A stretch of 64,000 nt of DNA from Azolla caroliniana (taxonomy: Eukaryota > Plantae > Polypodiophyta). The position numbers and the translations under genes are program-made. The notes below the pieces were generated by a model. It saw only the letters and a list, made by a program, of their open reading frames with translations, searched no databases and was not told where the DNA came from. Positions 1-14,220 of this stretch are shown here, piece after piece. The stretch is taken from positions 19,902,001 through 19,966,000 of the forward strand of contig JBHGNT010000015.1 of the NCBI GenBank assembly GCA_043228905.1, read 5' to 3'. The first letter of the stretch is position 1. Each line of letters opens with the position of its first letter.

Positions 1-1799
1 GACTTCGTTGGGGAGGATTGAATGTATAGAGGCCCAACCGATAGCCAAAATGTTTTCAACTGTTCAATTGGGCACTCACACAATGTGGACAACCATGTTC
101 TTTCCTATTTCCTTATTGTAGGGTCACTTGAATTACCTAAAAAACTAGATACCTGATACCTCTTTCTTTATTACCATAACCGAATCACTTAAAAAACTAG
201 ATACTTTGTTCCATTACCTTATCTTTATTTATCCCAGTAATATCCAAAAAACTATATCGAACAACTTCAAACTTTGATTATATGAGCTACATTATTGCCA
301 CTATCCCTTCTTAAAGAAATTTTACAAAAAAGTGACACTTTATGCAAATTGATGTTGTTCAACTTTATGACCATGGTCCCGTGCATCGTGCTTTAAGCAA
401 AGGTCACATTGTTCAACTATCTATCCCTTATACTCTCACCTTTTGCCATACCCTTGTTTAAAACTATTACTCATCATACAATAGGAATGTCCATTTTGGC
501 ACTTGTCTCCAAACTTTGGTGCCATGTGACTGTACAACCTTCATGAAAGAGAATTTGTGCTTTTCGTGCAAATAATCCAAACACTTGCACATCAAGCAAT
601 AGTGATAACGAGAACGGTTTGACGTTTGCAAGAGAAACAATAGTTTTAGATGACCCATGCCCTTGCAACAGAGAGTGTGATAATTGTAACCAAGTTGTGG
701 TACATATGGTATGGTAGCATTCCCCAAAGTAAAGTTGTGTGGGCCTTCAATTGGTTTTGTGTTGTGCTTGCATCTGCAACTTGCCACTAGGTTTCTAATA
801 AGTCCCCCTTGCAAAATTGCCATCACAATGGAATCTTTGATTTTTTAAAATTAGATAAAGGTGTCATACATCGAATTCTTCGAACTTCATGTTAAAGAAA
901 CCAAAAATAAACTATCGGTGATGTCCACTTTTAAGTAGAATGAGAGGAGGTAGGGAAAAGGACATTGATTTGTCTCCTTCTTAGGTAGAAACATGAGATT
1001 TAATAAAGAAAATTGAAGCAAAATGACAAGGGGGAAAATATGGATACCCCACCTCCATGTTTATCCTTAAGTCCAACATCAAGATTAGCGTGTCCACATT
1101 TATAGAGAGGCAAAGGAAGATGTATTAAAGTTCGGTTTGAAAGAAAGACATTATGTCTACATTTCTAATACCATAAGAAGCTTGTTGGCACGCCTTAGTA
1201 TCATTAGGTCTGGCGTGTGCATCTCCATGTGTGGTTGTTGCTTATCTGCCCACTTATGTACTTTTAATTAATATGCCATTGTCTTGCATGCGTGCAACGG
1301 TAATAATAAGTACTTGAACCCCAATGGATAATGAGATAATAACTTGGAAATTGCCAGCTTGGGAAATGAATGAAGCCGAAATTTATACTACACTACCACC
1401 ACCTTCAGCCTAATATTGTCATTGCCGTAGGCCTCAATTAGATTACCATTATATTTAGCCTCAATGGTGGTCTATTTGTTACGGGGGGGTTCATAACAAC
1501 ATCGATGATGATTTAGTAACCAATAGTTAGAGGGGGCATAGGGGCATGGAAATGTGATTGATTCCTTGTGTTGATAAAGAAAGTATTGATTGTCTAGACC
1601 AAGAGTAATCTTCCCTAGAGAACATGTATGGAAACTACTTTTTTAATAATCCCAAAAGCTCTAATGTTTCAACAATTTTGTGTACCGATTATAATATAAT
1701 TCATGAACACTCGTTATTTTGAGGTCTTAAGACAACAATAGACTGCAATCTTATACATTTAATTACAATTATCTATAGGACTTGCGAAGTGCACCGGTT

Positions 1800-2948
1800 A
1801 GAGTGGTTTCTAAAATTGGAAAGAAATGGATGCTTGATCCTTATCCTTCAATTGCTCATATGTGTGATATACTATGGTTATAGGCAAAAGACCTTGTTGC
1901 AAGTTTAACAAGGGATCTGGGGGGGTTGGCTTTGGTCACACTCCTTGGGGGAAAAGATCGTAAAGGTTCCCTTCTTTCAGTACTCAGTAAAACTTGGAAG
2001 ATCATTACTACTCTCGCGGAATGTAACAATACCAGTAGCTCAGAAACATTGGTCCAACTGGGGTGTCTGAACTTTGCATTTGAGAACCTACTTGAGATGG
2101 ATCTGGTCATTTACAGGGCCAACTAAATTGTTTCTCTTTCGATGGCTATTAGTGCATATGGCACTACCAGTTGGTCATTCATTGAAAGGGAATGTAGCAC
2201 TTAATTTGCGGCAATGTGGCTTTTGCCATGAAGCTCAGGAGACTACCAAGCATGTCCTATGGTCTTGTCCCTTCGCTCAACAAGTATGGAATAAAATCCT
2301 GTCTTTATTCCTAACAATCAATGTCGGTTGCCTATTCTCATGGGAATCAACGATGTGGGAAGTGTTACATTCCAGCTTGATGTTGTATGAGGCAAACGAT
2401 GTTCATGAGGCAATGCCAATATATAATAGAAGATTGATATTAGTTAGCCCCTTTCAGCAACCTCGAAAGCAAGTGCGATCTGTCTAGATTTGGAAAACAG
2501 TGACCACATTAACGTTATGGGCATTATGGAAATGTTGATGTAACCAACTTTATGATGCGGGACATTGATCTCTCAGATGTGTTGCTTGAGATATGGGAGA
2601 ACTTGTTGACAGTAGTCCGTGGCCAGTATGATAATATGCATGGCTCCTCAAGGACCGTGAACAAGAGAAGGAAAAAGCTTCTTCACTTATGGAAAAGGTT
2701 GCCCCTGTTTTCAATGTCAACTCAAGAGCCTCAATGGCACTATCAACTTCCATGGACTCTTTCTTGAATATCAACAAATTCCAACACCTTCTACAAAGTT
2801 CGATATTTGGTCTTAGGATTATTTTACAGCATTGTACATAAAAAGTTGTAATCTTCTGGGCAGATAGGTTCCAGTTGTAGCCTTTGAGAATTTTTTTCTT
2901 AATACTATCGAGGAAAATCTTTTTATAAAAAATAAAAATAAAAATAAA
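1800..2948 (+). mobile_element. Degenerate 5'-truncated L1-like LINE (zf-RVT/C-terminal region) with A-rich tail
   Basis: ORF 2074-2487 contains CGFCHEAQETTKHVLWSCPFAQQVW (CCHC zf-RVT-type motif). It is followed by broken W-rich ORF2 C-terminal sequence and (TAAAAA)n at ~2925-2948. Stops and frameshifts are present. Confidence 0.75.
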
Positions 2949-3535
2949 CAAGTCTAGCTTTAGGCACTCGTGCGGGACTTATCTCACCTAGAGAACACTT
3001 GTGGAAAGTACTTGTTTTTAATCATCCAGAGTCTTTAAGGTTTCAAGTTGAAACTTTCAACCATTTTGTGTAGAGATTGCAATACTTCAAAAAAGTTGGG
3101 AGTATGGGATGAAAACATTGGTATTAAATCATTATTTGGGACCACACCTATTCTTTGTATATGGGATTTTACGAATTTGATGTCTTTGTGCAAAAGTTGT
3201 CTTCATGATTTTGGACTCTGGACCATACTATTCGACCAAAATTTCCATCTCAACAAATGACTTTATAGGGGACTTGTTTTAATTGATATATTGTCACAAT
3301 ATCTCTTTGTTTTGTACCTCATTATAATCTTATTAGACACCCATGTAACCTTCTTTAATGACGTATGATTAAATCTCAACACACAATCTTTTTCATGAAC
3401 CTTCCATAAGCCCTTTTCATGTCCCCGAAGTTTAATTTGTTTGGGATATGATCACATGAGTAAGTTCAAATTTTAACGAAAAAAAACTTTCATTAGTAGT
3501 TGAAGCATATTTATTTAATGACATCTATAATTAAG

Positions 3536-3725
3536 CACCATAGTAAAGAGCTTCAAATGTATTCCAAGGTACCAATGAGAATGTGCCAAGAACCTAACAT
3601 TTCCGCTTTTTCCTACAACATTATTAATGTCTCTTTATGCATAGGGTAATGCTCTTCCTCGAGGCAATACATTGGTATATGCTATTTCTTTTTAACTATA
3701 CCCCATTCCCGTAACATGGCCTCTT
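3536..3725 (-). pseudogene. Decayed fragment of the gene at 7246-10553
   Basis: The minus strand reads PWNTFEALYYGA versus AWDTFEGLYYGG in the intact gene. DNA caccatagtaaagagcttcaaatgtattcc aligns with caccatagtacagaccttcaaatgtatccc (~7513), and similarity continues ~190 bp with indels. Confidence 0.75.
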
Positions 3726-3750
3726 TTTCTTCTTCTTTTTCAAGAAAGAT

Positions 3751-4205
3751 ACTACGTTAGTACTAAGAAAATGCCCTAAGGCTATACATTTGGGTAATGA
3801 CTCCCATGCTAAGTTCTAATTGTTGGCTTAAATAAATACTTCTATGTGGAGTAGAACTACTCCATCTTATTAGAAATCCACCTATAAAATATTCCCTCAT
3901 CACTACATTAGTACTGAGAAAATGCCCTAAGGCTATACATTTGGGTAATGACTCCCATGCTAAGTTCTAATTGTCGGCTTAAATAAATACTTCTATGTGG
4001 AGTAGAACTACTCCATCTTATTAGAAATCCACCTATAAAATATTCCCTCATCACTACATTAGTACTGAGAAAATGCCCTAAGGCTATACATTTGGGTAAT
4101 GACTCCCATGCTAAGTTCTAATTGTCGGCTTAAATAAATACTTCTATGTGGAGTAGAACTACTCCATCTTATTAGAAATCCACCTATAAAATATTCCCTT
4201 ATCAC
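3751..4205. repeat. Tandem repeat, 3 x 151 bp, near identical
   Basis: ttagtact(a/g)agaaaatgccctaagg recurs at 3757, 3908 and 4059. Confidence 0.95.
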
Positions 4206-5278
4206 ATATTGCATGAAACATCCATCGTTGTAACTTTGCCCATGGTGTATTACCTTTAATGGTATCCAAAGAACCTCTAAGATTTTGCACAATCTTTGTC
4301 CAAATCCTAGAATTGATTTGGGCAGGTCTTTCAGTCACATTGTCTTTTCAAATACTTGAACGCATGTTGTACCACAAATATGATATCACAATACTTGCTC
4401 ATTAACACGGTATTTTATTGTTGATTTCTAAAACGTGCCCATTAAAAGAAAAGAAAACTATTAATAATATTGATGATAGTAATTATTGGCATCAAACATG
4501 TGGAGGCTCATATGAAATAATGCCCAACCACTCTTACAAACACAAATGAAGTTTATCCAACATTTAACGATTTGGTGAATGAAATGTGGGCCTATAATGT
4601 GCATAAAAAGTAAATGTATAGATGATAAGGATAATGCAAATTATATATACAAACATTATGTAGTGGCAAAGTCAATGTTTTATATCACTTTAATGTTGTG
4701 GAGCGAAGTCTAAAGTGATGGCTCTAATGTGACATTCAATATTTGTTTGTGTTAGTTTAGGATCATGTAATTTAAAAGTGTTTACAAGTAAATTTCCACA
4801 TTCTAATGCTTGAAAATAACAAATTTGCTTTATAACAAACCACGTCAAAGGAGGATAATTGATTAAGGATCTCCCACTTGGGCATTTATATGTTAGTCCA
4901 TGCATCCCAAATGTGAAGACAAGAATATGTATCAATGATTTTGTCAATTGCCACATGGAGATAGAATGTAACATAAAACGTAACATACTCGGATGCATTT
5001 GCAAACGTTCTTTTTCATACGTTTTCAAATGAATGCATATGTTATCAAAACATTCTTATGTTTTTTTACGTTTTTGTACCTTGACTTTCTTACCTTAAAA
5101 ATAAGTTTTACCTTATAATAAATAATGAATACAAAAGTATGGTATTTACCATACTTCAAGGGTGTTACTATACTCAAATGTGAATGCACATACGGTACGT
5201 ATAGTTCATAGTAATACTATGCTTGGGAACATGGAATCGTGGATTTCTTCCTTTCAAGCCCAACTTCATACCTTTGAT

Positions 5279-5633
5279 TAACAGTCGGCAATGGGTTTCA
5301 ACAGTTTAAACGGTTTAGTGGTTTTTTTTTTAAATTAAAAAAATTAAAAAATTTGGAAATCAAAATCACAATTAAAAAAAAAACAATCTTTTCATTTTCA
5401 AGCCTTATTCTCACATTTTAGGAAAATCTTTAAAATTTTGAAAAATTAAAATTTAAAACAATGAAATATTTTAAAATTTGAAATTTGACTGAAACCGAAA
5501 CCGAACCACGAAACCAGCGTTTTACGGTATGAAAATGTTTAAACGGTTTGGTTTAGTTTGGCTTAAATTTCAAAATTTTTAAACAGTTCGGTTTTGACAC
5601 TCTCAAACCGAACCGAACCGTTGTTGATTGTTA
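5279..5633. mobile_element. MITE-like non-autonomous DNA transposon with AACCG/CGGTT subterminal repeats (hAT-like)
   Basis: Imperfect terminal inverted repeats (taacagtcggcaatgg ... ccgttgttgattgtta), AT-rich interior and multiple aaccg/cggtt motifs. No clean TSD seen. Confidence 0.55.
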
Positions 5634-5967
5634 CCTTTTATTGATGTGTTGATCTCTTCCCGAGGGAGAAGTGTATTCACTTTTAGTTTAGTGCGAATGA
5701 ATTCAAAGTGAGTGCAGAAGCATGACTCAACATCTTAACCTATGAATGAGCAAGTCACACTGTTACACTACCATAAGGATTTCAATCTTAACAAATGGAC
5801 CAATGGTTTTACGTGTCATTCATTTTATTTGTAGTTGGTTGTAGGTTTTCATGGTTTCTTAATCAACAAGTTTTTATCTCGCACCCGTTAAACCTTCTCT
5901 AATGATGAATGGCTAAATCTCGAGACATAAAGTAACATTTTCTATAACTCGTCCATAAGCCTTTCTC

Positions 5968-6190
5968 ATATGTTCAAAGCTTTGTTTTTTCAGATATGGC
6001 ACTTTAAGCAAGCCCGTTTTTTAAAGAAAAAAGGCGTACATTAATAGTAATGGTAGTTTTCTATTAATCCCTTTATGATATGTTCAAAGTTTTATTTGTT
6101 TCAGATATGGCACTTTAAGCAAGCCCGTTTTTTAAAGAAAAAAGGCTTACATTAATAGTAATGGTAGTTTTCTATTAATCCCTTTCATGA
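5968..6190. repeat. Tandem duplication, 2 x ~110 bp
   Basis: atatgttcaaag...cagatatggcactttaagcaagcccg...ctattaatccc is repeated at ~5968 and ~6078. Confidence 0.9.
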
Positions 6191-7245
6191 ATGTGCTTTA
6201 AAAGCACTAAGAGCTATATACCTAAGTGTTGACAAGCATTCACGTTTCCTCAAAAAACATTAGGACGAGGAAGAGAAACATTAATATTGACCTCTTATGG
6301 GTGTGAACAATGATAAGAAAGGAAGATATATTAATGTGTTTTAAATTGTATTAAGCGAAGAGAGATATTAATTGTCTAAAGAGTCTATAATTGGTAATGG
6401 GATTGAGAAAGAAATTACCTATGCATACATGATCTTATGTTGGAGAACACAAAAAATTTAACCAAGTAAAGATGACTTAAGGGGCAATGGCTTTTTGACA
6501 ACCATTTAGAGGAAAGAAGTGCAATCCTAGTACCAAGAACAATCGACGAGAAAAATGTAGAAGATGATAGGCGATTTGAAATATGTTTTCAGAACTCAAG
6601 ATGTGCAAAGGCTAGTCTAGATTAGTTGGTTTACTAATGCTTGTTAGTTTGGGGAGATAACTTGACAATAGCATGAGTAGCTCTATTGATCTTGATCATA
6701 AATGTCATTTTTTTACCTCCAAGTTCCTGATTTCTTCATGACCCTCTCTCTTCAAGTATACTGCCATATGAAATCTCCCAACATCTGCACCCTTATCTTA
6801 TCCTATAAAATTTTATGTAACTATACATATCCATGGAAATGTACACCCATTCACACCAAACCATGAAAAAGTCTTGACCGACAAGCATTCAAACAGATTT
6901 TTCATGAGCCATGCGCCTCTTCTTTTTTCTTTCCACCTGATTAATATAGTCATTCATGTTCGGAGAGATCCTTATTGTCAACCCAAAGCAAGAATCTGAA
7001 AAGAAGTCTATGGTACATTTGGAATGATTACAAGGTATAAGTTATAACCATGTCAAGAATATACAAATTGGCATCCACAATTTGATGGGCTAAATTGGGT
7101 AATGACAAGACAAGAAGTAAGATCTTTGGCTTAAGGGTGCAGATATACACCAAGAAAGATGACTTCCATAATTTAAAATTTATCTTTCCTTTTATGACAT
7201 TTGTTGTTTATAGGCAACAATTTAGACATCTATACAAGCTAGAAC

Positions 7246-8667
7246 CTAGAACTCATTGTTGATGACTTCTTCAGCAGTAGACCCAATATCTCCATCCACA
7301 TAATTTTCTTCATTGAGGTATCCGTTTATAAGGAAGTGTGCTGCATTTGATATATCATAAACCATTAGTCCAACCCTTCCTCCTATCCAACTTCCAACAT
7401 GACTACCAACAAAGTAGCCTATGCGCCCAAGGTTCTCTTCTCCTTGGAAACCTCCCCAATAAGCACCACCAATGGTTCCTATACCTCTCGTAATAGCCTC
7501 CACCAAGGTACCACCATAGTACAGACCTTCAAATGTATCCCATGCTGCTGATGAAAGGGGCCCTAATATCCGTTGAGTGTGCCTCGATGCTAACTTTTCG
7601 GCTTTTCCTCCAGCAATGTTAGCTTCTTTTGATGCATCTTGCAGTGTTCTTCCTTGGGCCAATGCATTTGCATATGCTATCTCATATGATCTTTGCCTCA
7701 CCCTTGCAATATGACCTCCTCTAATGTTGTACACAAATGACTTTGTCCCTTCCTTGGCAAGACATGCCATTGAGCCATAGCCCATGTCGAAGCAGTCGAT
7801 CCATGTAAATTTACCACTTTGAGATGACTCATCTTCACCGACAAATTGCCTTGCCTTTTCAGCTGGCGAAACAGACATTTGTTTAGTATCGTAAGGAAGC
7901 TTTCAACTTTGCTTGCGTATTTCAACACAAAGCAAAGGGACATCAATTTCAGATACTAATTAATAAAATAAGTGAATAAGTCATTTTCACAATGGTAGCG
8001 AACACAATAAGATCCCGACAGCAATATTATTAGAAATATTGAGAATCGAGTAGATAGGTATATAGAGTTACAACTGCAGAGATGGATATATGAAAACAGA
8101 ATTTCTATTACATATGAGAGTAGTTCAAAATGGTAGTTTTCCCATGCGCTCACACCTTAGAGCTTAGATAGGATATGGACCGGCTCACTACAAAATTAGT
8201 GGGGACTAATGATCCATCTGACCACTGTGTGAGAAAAGTGACTTATAATCTATGTTTGGTCTTAGTATAAATGTGCAAGTCAGTTGACAGTAGTGGAGAT
8301 ATTCCTTTTCTGTCAACTGACTTGTCATTTAATATGACCCAACTCCCTAGGTACAGGCTAGTGCTAGATAATACTTATCTTGAAGTCAATGACGCATACT
8401 TCAAGACTAAGTACATCGTAACTTGCCCACAAAATATTCTAGCTGACTTGATTAGACAATCCTTTTATCTATTTCTCTCTTTCCTAAATATATTGTGTCC
8501 TACGCATCTACGGTTTCCTAGATTAACACCTTATCGACCCATATGGTCGAGTTGCACACTAGCCGCTCCTCATTTGGGGCGCTATCACAAAATGTGCACT
8601 CTAAGAGCACATATGGGGATAGATTTACAACTTGGGGCTGATCATTGATTATATCTAACAAATATTC

Positions 8668-8734
<67 letters not shown>

Positions 8735-10553
8735 TCAAAATAGTGTAGAGAGTGCATAATCACACTTCAATTTCCAAAATAACACCGAGTGTTTAGAACA
8801 GTTATTTTAACGTTATATTTGCTTACTGACCATAAGAGTCGATATTTGGTGCCTGCTGAAGGTCATTTACTACCAGTTTCTAGGTTCTAGTATTCTCACT
8901 CTGAAACATCTACTCAGTGCAACAGATTAGCAAGAACACTGTCAAGCTGTTTGATGGGAAGGTTTTGTGTTTTCTGCTAATAAAGAGAAAGTGAATAGAT
9001 GAGCTTTGAACACCCCAAAACACAATACATGGTATATCATATGTTAATTTAGAACTACAGGATATATAAAGTATAGTAAATATATAAACACCTCAGTTCA
9101 TTTCTAATTCATTACTGGCTACTTTTCCAATGCTCCCACAGCTTATGACTGAAATAGATGGAGATTTATCTAGCAGATTTTATTCCAGACTTTGGTTATA
9201 GGGATAAACCAATTTAATTGTTGAACTAAAAAAATTAGATCATATGAGTGTGTGACCAGCTGCTTGAATATGTGACTTGCCTGACACGGACATGGAAGTG
9301 ATATATGTCTTTCAATCTCAAAAGCCTCTTCTTCCCACGTGATCTGCTTGCACCAATTGCTACATCTCTATTTGTTTCTCCAAGAATCCTGCATCCTTCC
9401 ACTAGAGTTCCTTAGCCTTCTTAATTCTCCTCCCCTTGCTTGTGTCCAAATGCATGCTTGTCTATGTTTATAATATGCAAATTTCAAGTCGACCATTTCA
9501 TGTCAACCCCTCAAAGGACTGAAATTTTCCAGGATGAAACAGGGGGCATTTCAACAGTGATATTTTTTGTGGTAAAGCCACGATTCAGATCATTCTTGAC
9601 ATTATCTACTCCGACCAATTAGGTTCTCCCATTGCAGAACCTTATTTACACAACAATCATCATCATCATGTGAACAAGAACAAGAATGTTGTCACAGTGA
9701 TAAAGCTGGGTAAGGCCCTGCTTTATACCAAGTCCACAGATCAGTTCCAAAATGATTCGTGAATGTCTGTCCTCTTTCGCAATGCCATGAATAAAAAAGA
9801 TAAGGACCTCCAGCCATAAAATGCTGTCACCCGTGAAAATCCTCAACAAAGTTGACCATGTGGTTCCAGCCCTTGCTCTGAAACCACATGTCAAGATGTT
9901 AATATATCATAAAATTGGATCTCAGAGGCATGCAATTCCTTTGTTCTCCAAATTCACGTCAGCCTTTCGAAGAGATGGTATCACTCCATTTGAACTCGTC
10001 AACACAAAACGGTATCAGATCTAATTACAATAATTCTGGCATTTCAATGATAGTAATATAAAGTATTGTATAGCTTCATCTCTGTTTCTGATTCTGTCAG
10101 TTTCTCTCTCTCTCTCTCTCTGACGTTTCATTTCGTTTCATCTCTCTTAATATAACATGGTATGAGATCGCATTAGAATGCAAATTTTGGGTCTCCTAGG
10201 CCATTGTGGTGGTACTTCAAAGTTCACCACTCTCTTTTTCTCTCTCTAGGTGTAGTCCCATGGATCATTAGATTCGATCTCCAGGAGACCTGGAGCATTT
10301 ATTTCTGTTTCAGGGTAACATACATTCACCCATATTTGCAATCATAATTTTCAGTCGAACAGACCAATCTCCCCAACATGAGAAAAAATGTATCAGATCT
10401 CACGAAGATGTAGCTGCGAACGTTAGGATTCATAGATATATATAAGCGAGGGTCGAAGAAGGGCAGAGTCCTTTTACCTGCAGTGGCGAGGAGAAGGAAC
10501 GCTACGAGGCAGAAGAAGAGCGCCCGTGTCTTCTTTGTGAGGGCCGTCAACAT
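7246..10553 (-). CDS. Conserved uncharacterised plant protein, ~230 aa, N-terminal hydrophobic signal/TM segment and Gly-rich C-terminal region; 2 exons
   Basis: Exon 1 is 10553-10478 (MLTALTKKTRALFFCLVAFLLLATA, donor G|gtaaaa, phase 1). Exon 2 is 7862-7246 (acceptor tttcgccag|ct, phase matched). Motifs CFDMGYGSMAC..KEG and WDTFEGLYYGG..GSWIGGRVGLMVYD resemble a conserved land-plant family recalled from memory. Confidence 0.85.
8670..8730. repeat. (AG)n microsatellite in intron
   Basis: About 30 AG units. Confidence 0.95.
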
Positions 10554-10867
10554 TCTCTGCTCTGCTCTGCTCACCTATGTATGCTCTGTTCTGCTCTGTT
10601 CAGACAGAGGAAATCAAAAAGCTGAAGGAAGCTTTCCTTCTTCTTCTTCTTCTTCTTCTTCTTCTTCTTCACTTCTTCTTTCTCCGGAGTTTTCCATTAT
10701 TTCCTGAAGATGGGCCCAAACGGTTTCCTTAATTTCCTGGGATGCCCTTGCTCTCCTTGAATGAGGGGCTCATGAAACTCTCCCAAGTTCTCCTCCAAAT
10801 GGGGAAGCATATCCATCCCATTGAGGAAGGAACAGAAGAGAAGAGAAGAGAAAAGACAAGAGCACAA

Positions 10868-11323
10868 TGGATGATGAGTTTGATGACCACCTTTATGCCC
10901 AAATGCCTCTCACTTCATTCCTCGAGACCTACGGCTTGCTACTGTTTGCCCATGTGTGTGGGTCAATGTATTAGTCATGAAGTGCTACATGTGAATGGAG
11001 TGCCTTCTTGTGCATATGTAGTGTCACAAAGCATGAAACTAGGCTATACATTGGATGCTTGAAAGATTAACACAAAGCAGTGAATGTAACTACATGGGAT
11101 GATGAGTTTGATGGCCACCTTTATGCCCAAACACCTCTCACTTCATTCCTCTAGACCTACAACTTGCTGTTGTTTGCCCATGTGTGTGGGTCAATGTATT
11201 AGTCATGAAGTGCTACATGTGAATGGAGTGCCTTCTTGTGCATATGTAGTCACAAATCATGAAACTGGGCTATACATTGGATGCTTGAAAGATTAATGCA
11301 AAGCAATGAATGTAACTACATGT
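10868..11323. repeat. Tandem duplication, 2 x ~228 bp
   Basis: ggatgatgagtttgatg...tgaatgtaactacatg occurs twice. ORFs 10742 and 11099 share sequence. Confidence 0.9.
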
Positions 11324-11594
11324 CAATATGGTGGCCTATCTACTAACACGGCCATTATAACGAGGTTCCATTTCAAATCCCAAACACTTTGGGTTGAGCA
11401 TTGTAGCAAACAATTGATTTACTACAGCAAAAACAAGCCTAACAAAATAAGATCATAATGGCATGATATACGTTGGAAATGCATTGTACTTAATCAATAT
11501 AAAATTAAGACACAAATGGATGTAATGGGGGTGCCACATAATATACACTCGCATTTCCTAAATCTACAAGAAAGTAGGTGTTGTGTACGTCTAG

Positions 11595-11705
11595 TGTAAA
11601 TTTGTAAAGGAAGAAGGCATTGAAGGAGTTGTCAATGAGAATGCAAACATCACACTTCTGTTGTATGCAAACAACGTGGTGCTTTTTGCAAATACTTTGG
11701 GATAT
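11595..11705 (+). mobile_element. LINE reverse-transcriptase fragment
   Basis: Translates as KFVKEEGIEGVVNENANITLLLYANNVVLFANTL, a decayed LLYADDVVL catalytic motif. Confidence 0.6.
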
Positions 11706-12689
11706 GTATGGATCTATAATTGTTATAGCTACATATAGTGCAAATAATAAGAGGTTTTTGAACCTGATTCCAATCCAATACATTCATGCACATTATATGG
11801 TATTCTGACATTTAAGCAATTTAAAACATTGATTCAAGGATCTCTAAATTAATTCATGACAAAACACTTCATTCTTGCAACAAGACAATATACAACAGCT
11901 ACCAAGATTACACTCCTCTAAAATCCACAATCAACTACTTCATCATCAATATTTATCTTGGTGAATACTTGACAAAAGTTTGGAAAAAAAATGATACCAC
12001 ACCCTTTCCTTTCAAAGGACCTCCACCTCATTTTCTCTAATACCATTCTTGAGCTAGAAAACTTGCTTTGAATATTATGCTTGGTGCAATATTTGCAACT
12101 TTCTTTCTTTTGATTCTACAAACTTCTGTGTCCTACTACCCAAAGTCTCATTTCACATGTAATCCACACTATCAAACACTAGACATTACATAAGGTGTCA
12201 CATAGATGGCACAAAAGTTATCAATTGCAAAAAATAGCATGTACTATCTCAACAAATTCCCCAAAAAGTCTCTTGTTAGCTTCATCACTATCACTCAACA
12301 GAAATTTTCCTTGGAATTGTCTTTGTATTTTGAAGTCACAATAAGCAAATATGCAATGCCTGAAATGATAACTGGAGCCAACATAAAAGCATGGTGCAGC
12401 ATTTTACATAATCCTACTACACATCATGCAATATAACTGTTGTGAACATATCTTGCAAGGGGTTAGAAAATCAGGAAGACCAAATCAAATTCCAGGTGAC
12501 TAGTCATTCCACAAAATGAGACATTATATAGTTATAAACTGCACCACATATCTTTACTGGCAGATGGTGGAAATATAATATGGCTTCAGAATTCAGTTAC
12601 ATTTCCACACAATGCCTGTATTTTATGAGACGTTAAATTGTAACCAGTTGAAAAGATCCATCCCTCTATTTGTTAGCAAACAAGGAAAA

Positions 12690-13660
12690 TGTTTCTATTG
12701 CAAGATGCCCAGAGTCTTTCACCAACCACTGAAAGAAGAACCAGAAACTGAAGCACAGTTACCAACAACTAGTGTCACTATCACAGTATGCCCAATAGTT
12801 GATGACCAACAAACAGAGAACTGTGTTGAAGGTTCATACATTCAATGCACAAATTGGTTGAAAGGTGACACAAACAACCAGAACTCCCAAGACTCTAGAT
12901 CAAATTAAAACAGCAGCAAAGTAGAAGTTGATTATAACCGCACATCCTGAAAAACACAAGGTAAACCAGATACAAGTGTTCTATTGCAGTATGCCCAGCA
13001 TCTTTGGCTAACCACTGAAAGGAGAACCAAAAACTGAAGCAAAGTACCCAACAATTAATGTTTCTATTGCAGGATGCCCCCAATCATTGGTGAACAGAGA
13101 ACCATGTTCAAAAGGTTGCACACATACAATGTGCACATTGCTTGAAAGGATAAACGAAACAACCCAAAAGTCCTGAGACTATAGATCAAGTTAAAAGTGC
13201 AAAATAGGAATTGATAACCTCGCACCTTGAAAAACACAATGGTAACCAGCTAGTAGTACTTCTATTAGAATATGCTTGATCTTTGGCAAACCACCAAGAG
13301 GAGAACCAACAACTGAAGCATCGTAACCAACTAGTGTTTCTACTGCAGAATGCTCAATCATTGATGACCAACAAACAGAGAACTGTGTTGAAGGTTCACC
13401 CATTTAATGCAATCATTGTTAAAGGAGAAATGAAACAACCAAAAACTCCCAAGCCTAGAGATCAAGTTCAGAGTAGAAGTTGATTATAACCTCACACCCT
13501 GAAAAACACGATTTCAACCAGCTAAAAAAGCTTCTATTACAGTATGCGGAGTCTGGCAAACAGCCAAAAGGAAAACTCAAAACTGAAGCATCATAACCAA
13601 CTACTAGTGTTTTTATAGCACTATGCCCAATCATTGGCAAATAACAAACATAGAACCAAA
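12690..13660. repeat. Diverged tandem repeat, ~3.5 x ~280 bp
   Basis: An anchor ttctatt..a..atgc occurs at ~12693, 12979, 13260 and 13532. Units share aactgaagca, tagatcaa and tgaaaaacac motifs. Confidence 0.8.
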
Positions 13661-13970
13661 GATCTACTGAAACAGTAGAGACAATGTGGCAAATCATGTT
13701 CAAGAGAAGGTTCTTTTGGTTATTGTTTTCATATAGAGTGAGCTTCATGACACCAGTAATAATTTATGTATGTTCTTAAGGATTTGGCTTCCACCACGAA
13801 GCAAATCTTTACAACCAACAGTATCTAGCACGTTTATAAGACCTAGAAGGCTAAAAAGTGCATCTTGCCTATGAGTTGAAAACCATTCAATCATGTTTAA
13901 AGCCAAGGCCAAACAGAGTATTAGTTTAAACTTCTTGCTATTATAATGCAAGATTATGTGCATTGATAAG

Positions 13971-14220
13971 GTCTCTATACAAAAATAAATTGCAGGATGC
14001 ATCTTTACAAAGATAAAGAAACATCATATGAGCACTTTGCATCGTGAACTAAATCCAGGAGATCCTTTCCTCCTGCATTAGCATAAAATCCTCCTCCCCA
14101 AAGTCTCTATACAAAAACAAGTTGCAGAATGCATCTTTACAACCATAAAAGAACATCGTATTCGAAATTTGCACCATGAGCTAAATCCTAGAGACCCTTT
14201 CCTCTGCATTAGTATAAAAT
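13971..14220. repeat. Diverged tandem duplication, 2 x ~132 bp
   Basis: gtctctatacaaaaa...tgcatctttacaa...ctgcattag.ataaaat occurs twice. Confidence 0.8.

Noticed and set aside
467-826. ORFs at the window start as a gene or Helitron fragment
   Set aside because: No recognisable motif or splice structure could be supported.
1612-3075. Similar segments (cctagagaaca..ggaaa.tactt) at ~1612 and ~2987 as a TSD of the LINE
   Set aside because: They are too long, diverged and not flush with the element ends. More likely an older tandem repeat interrupted by the insertion.
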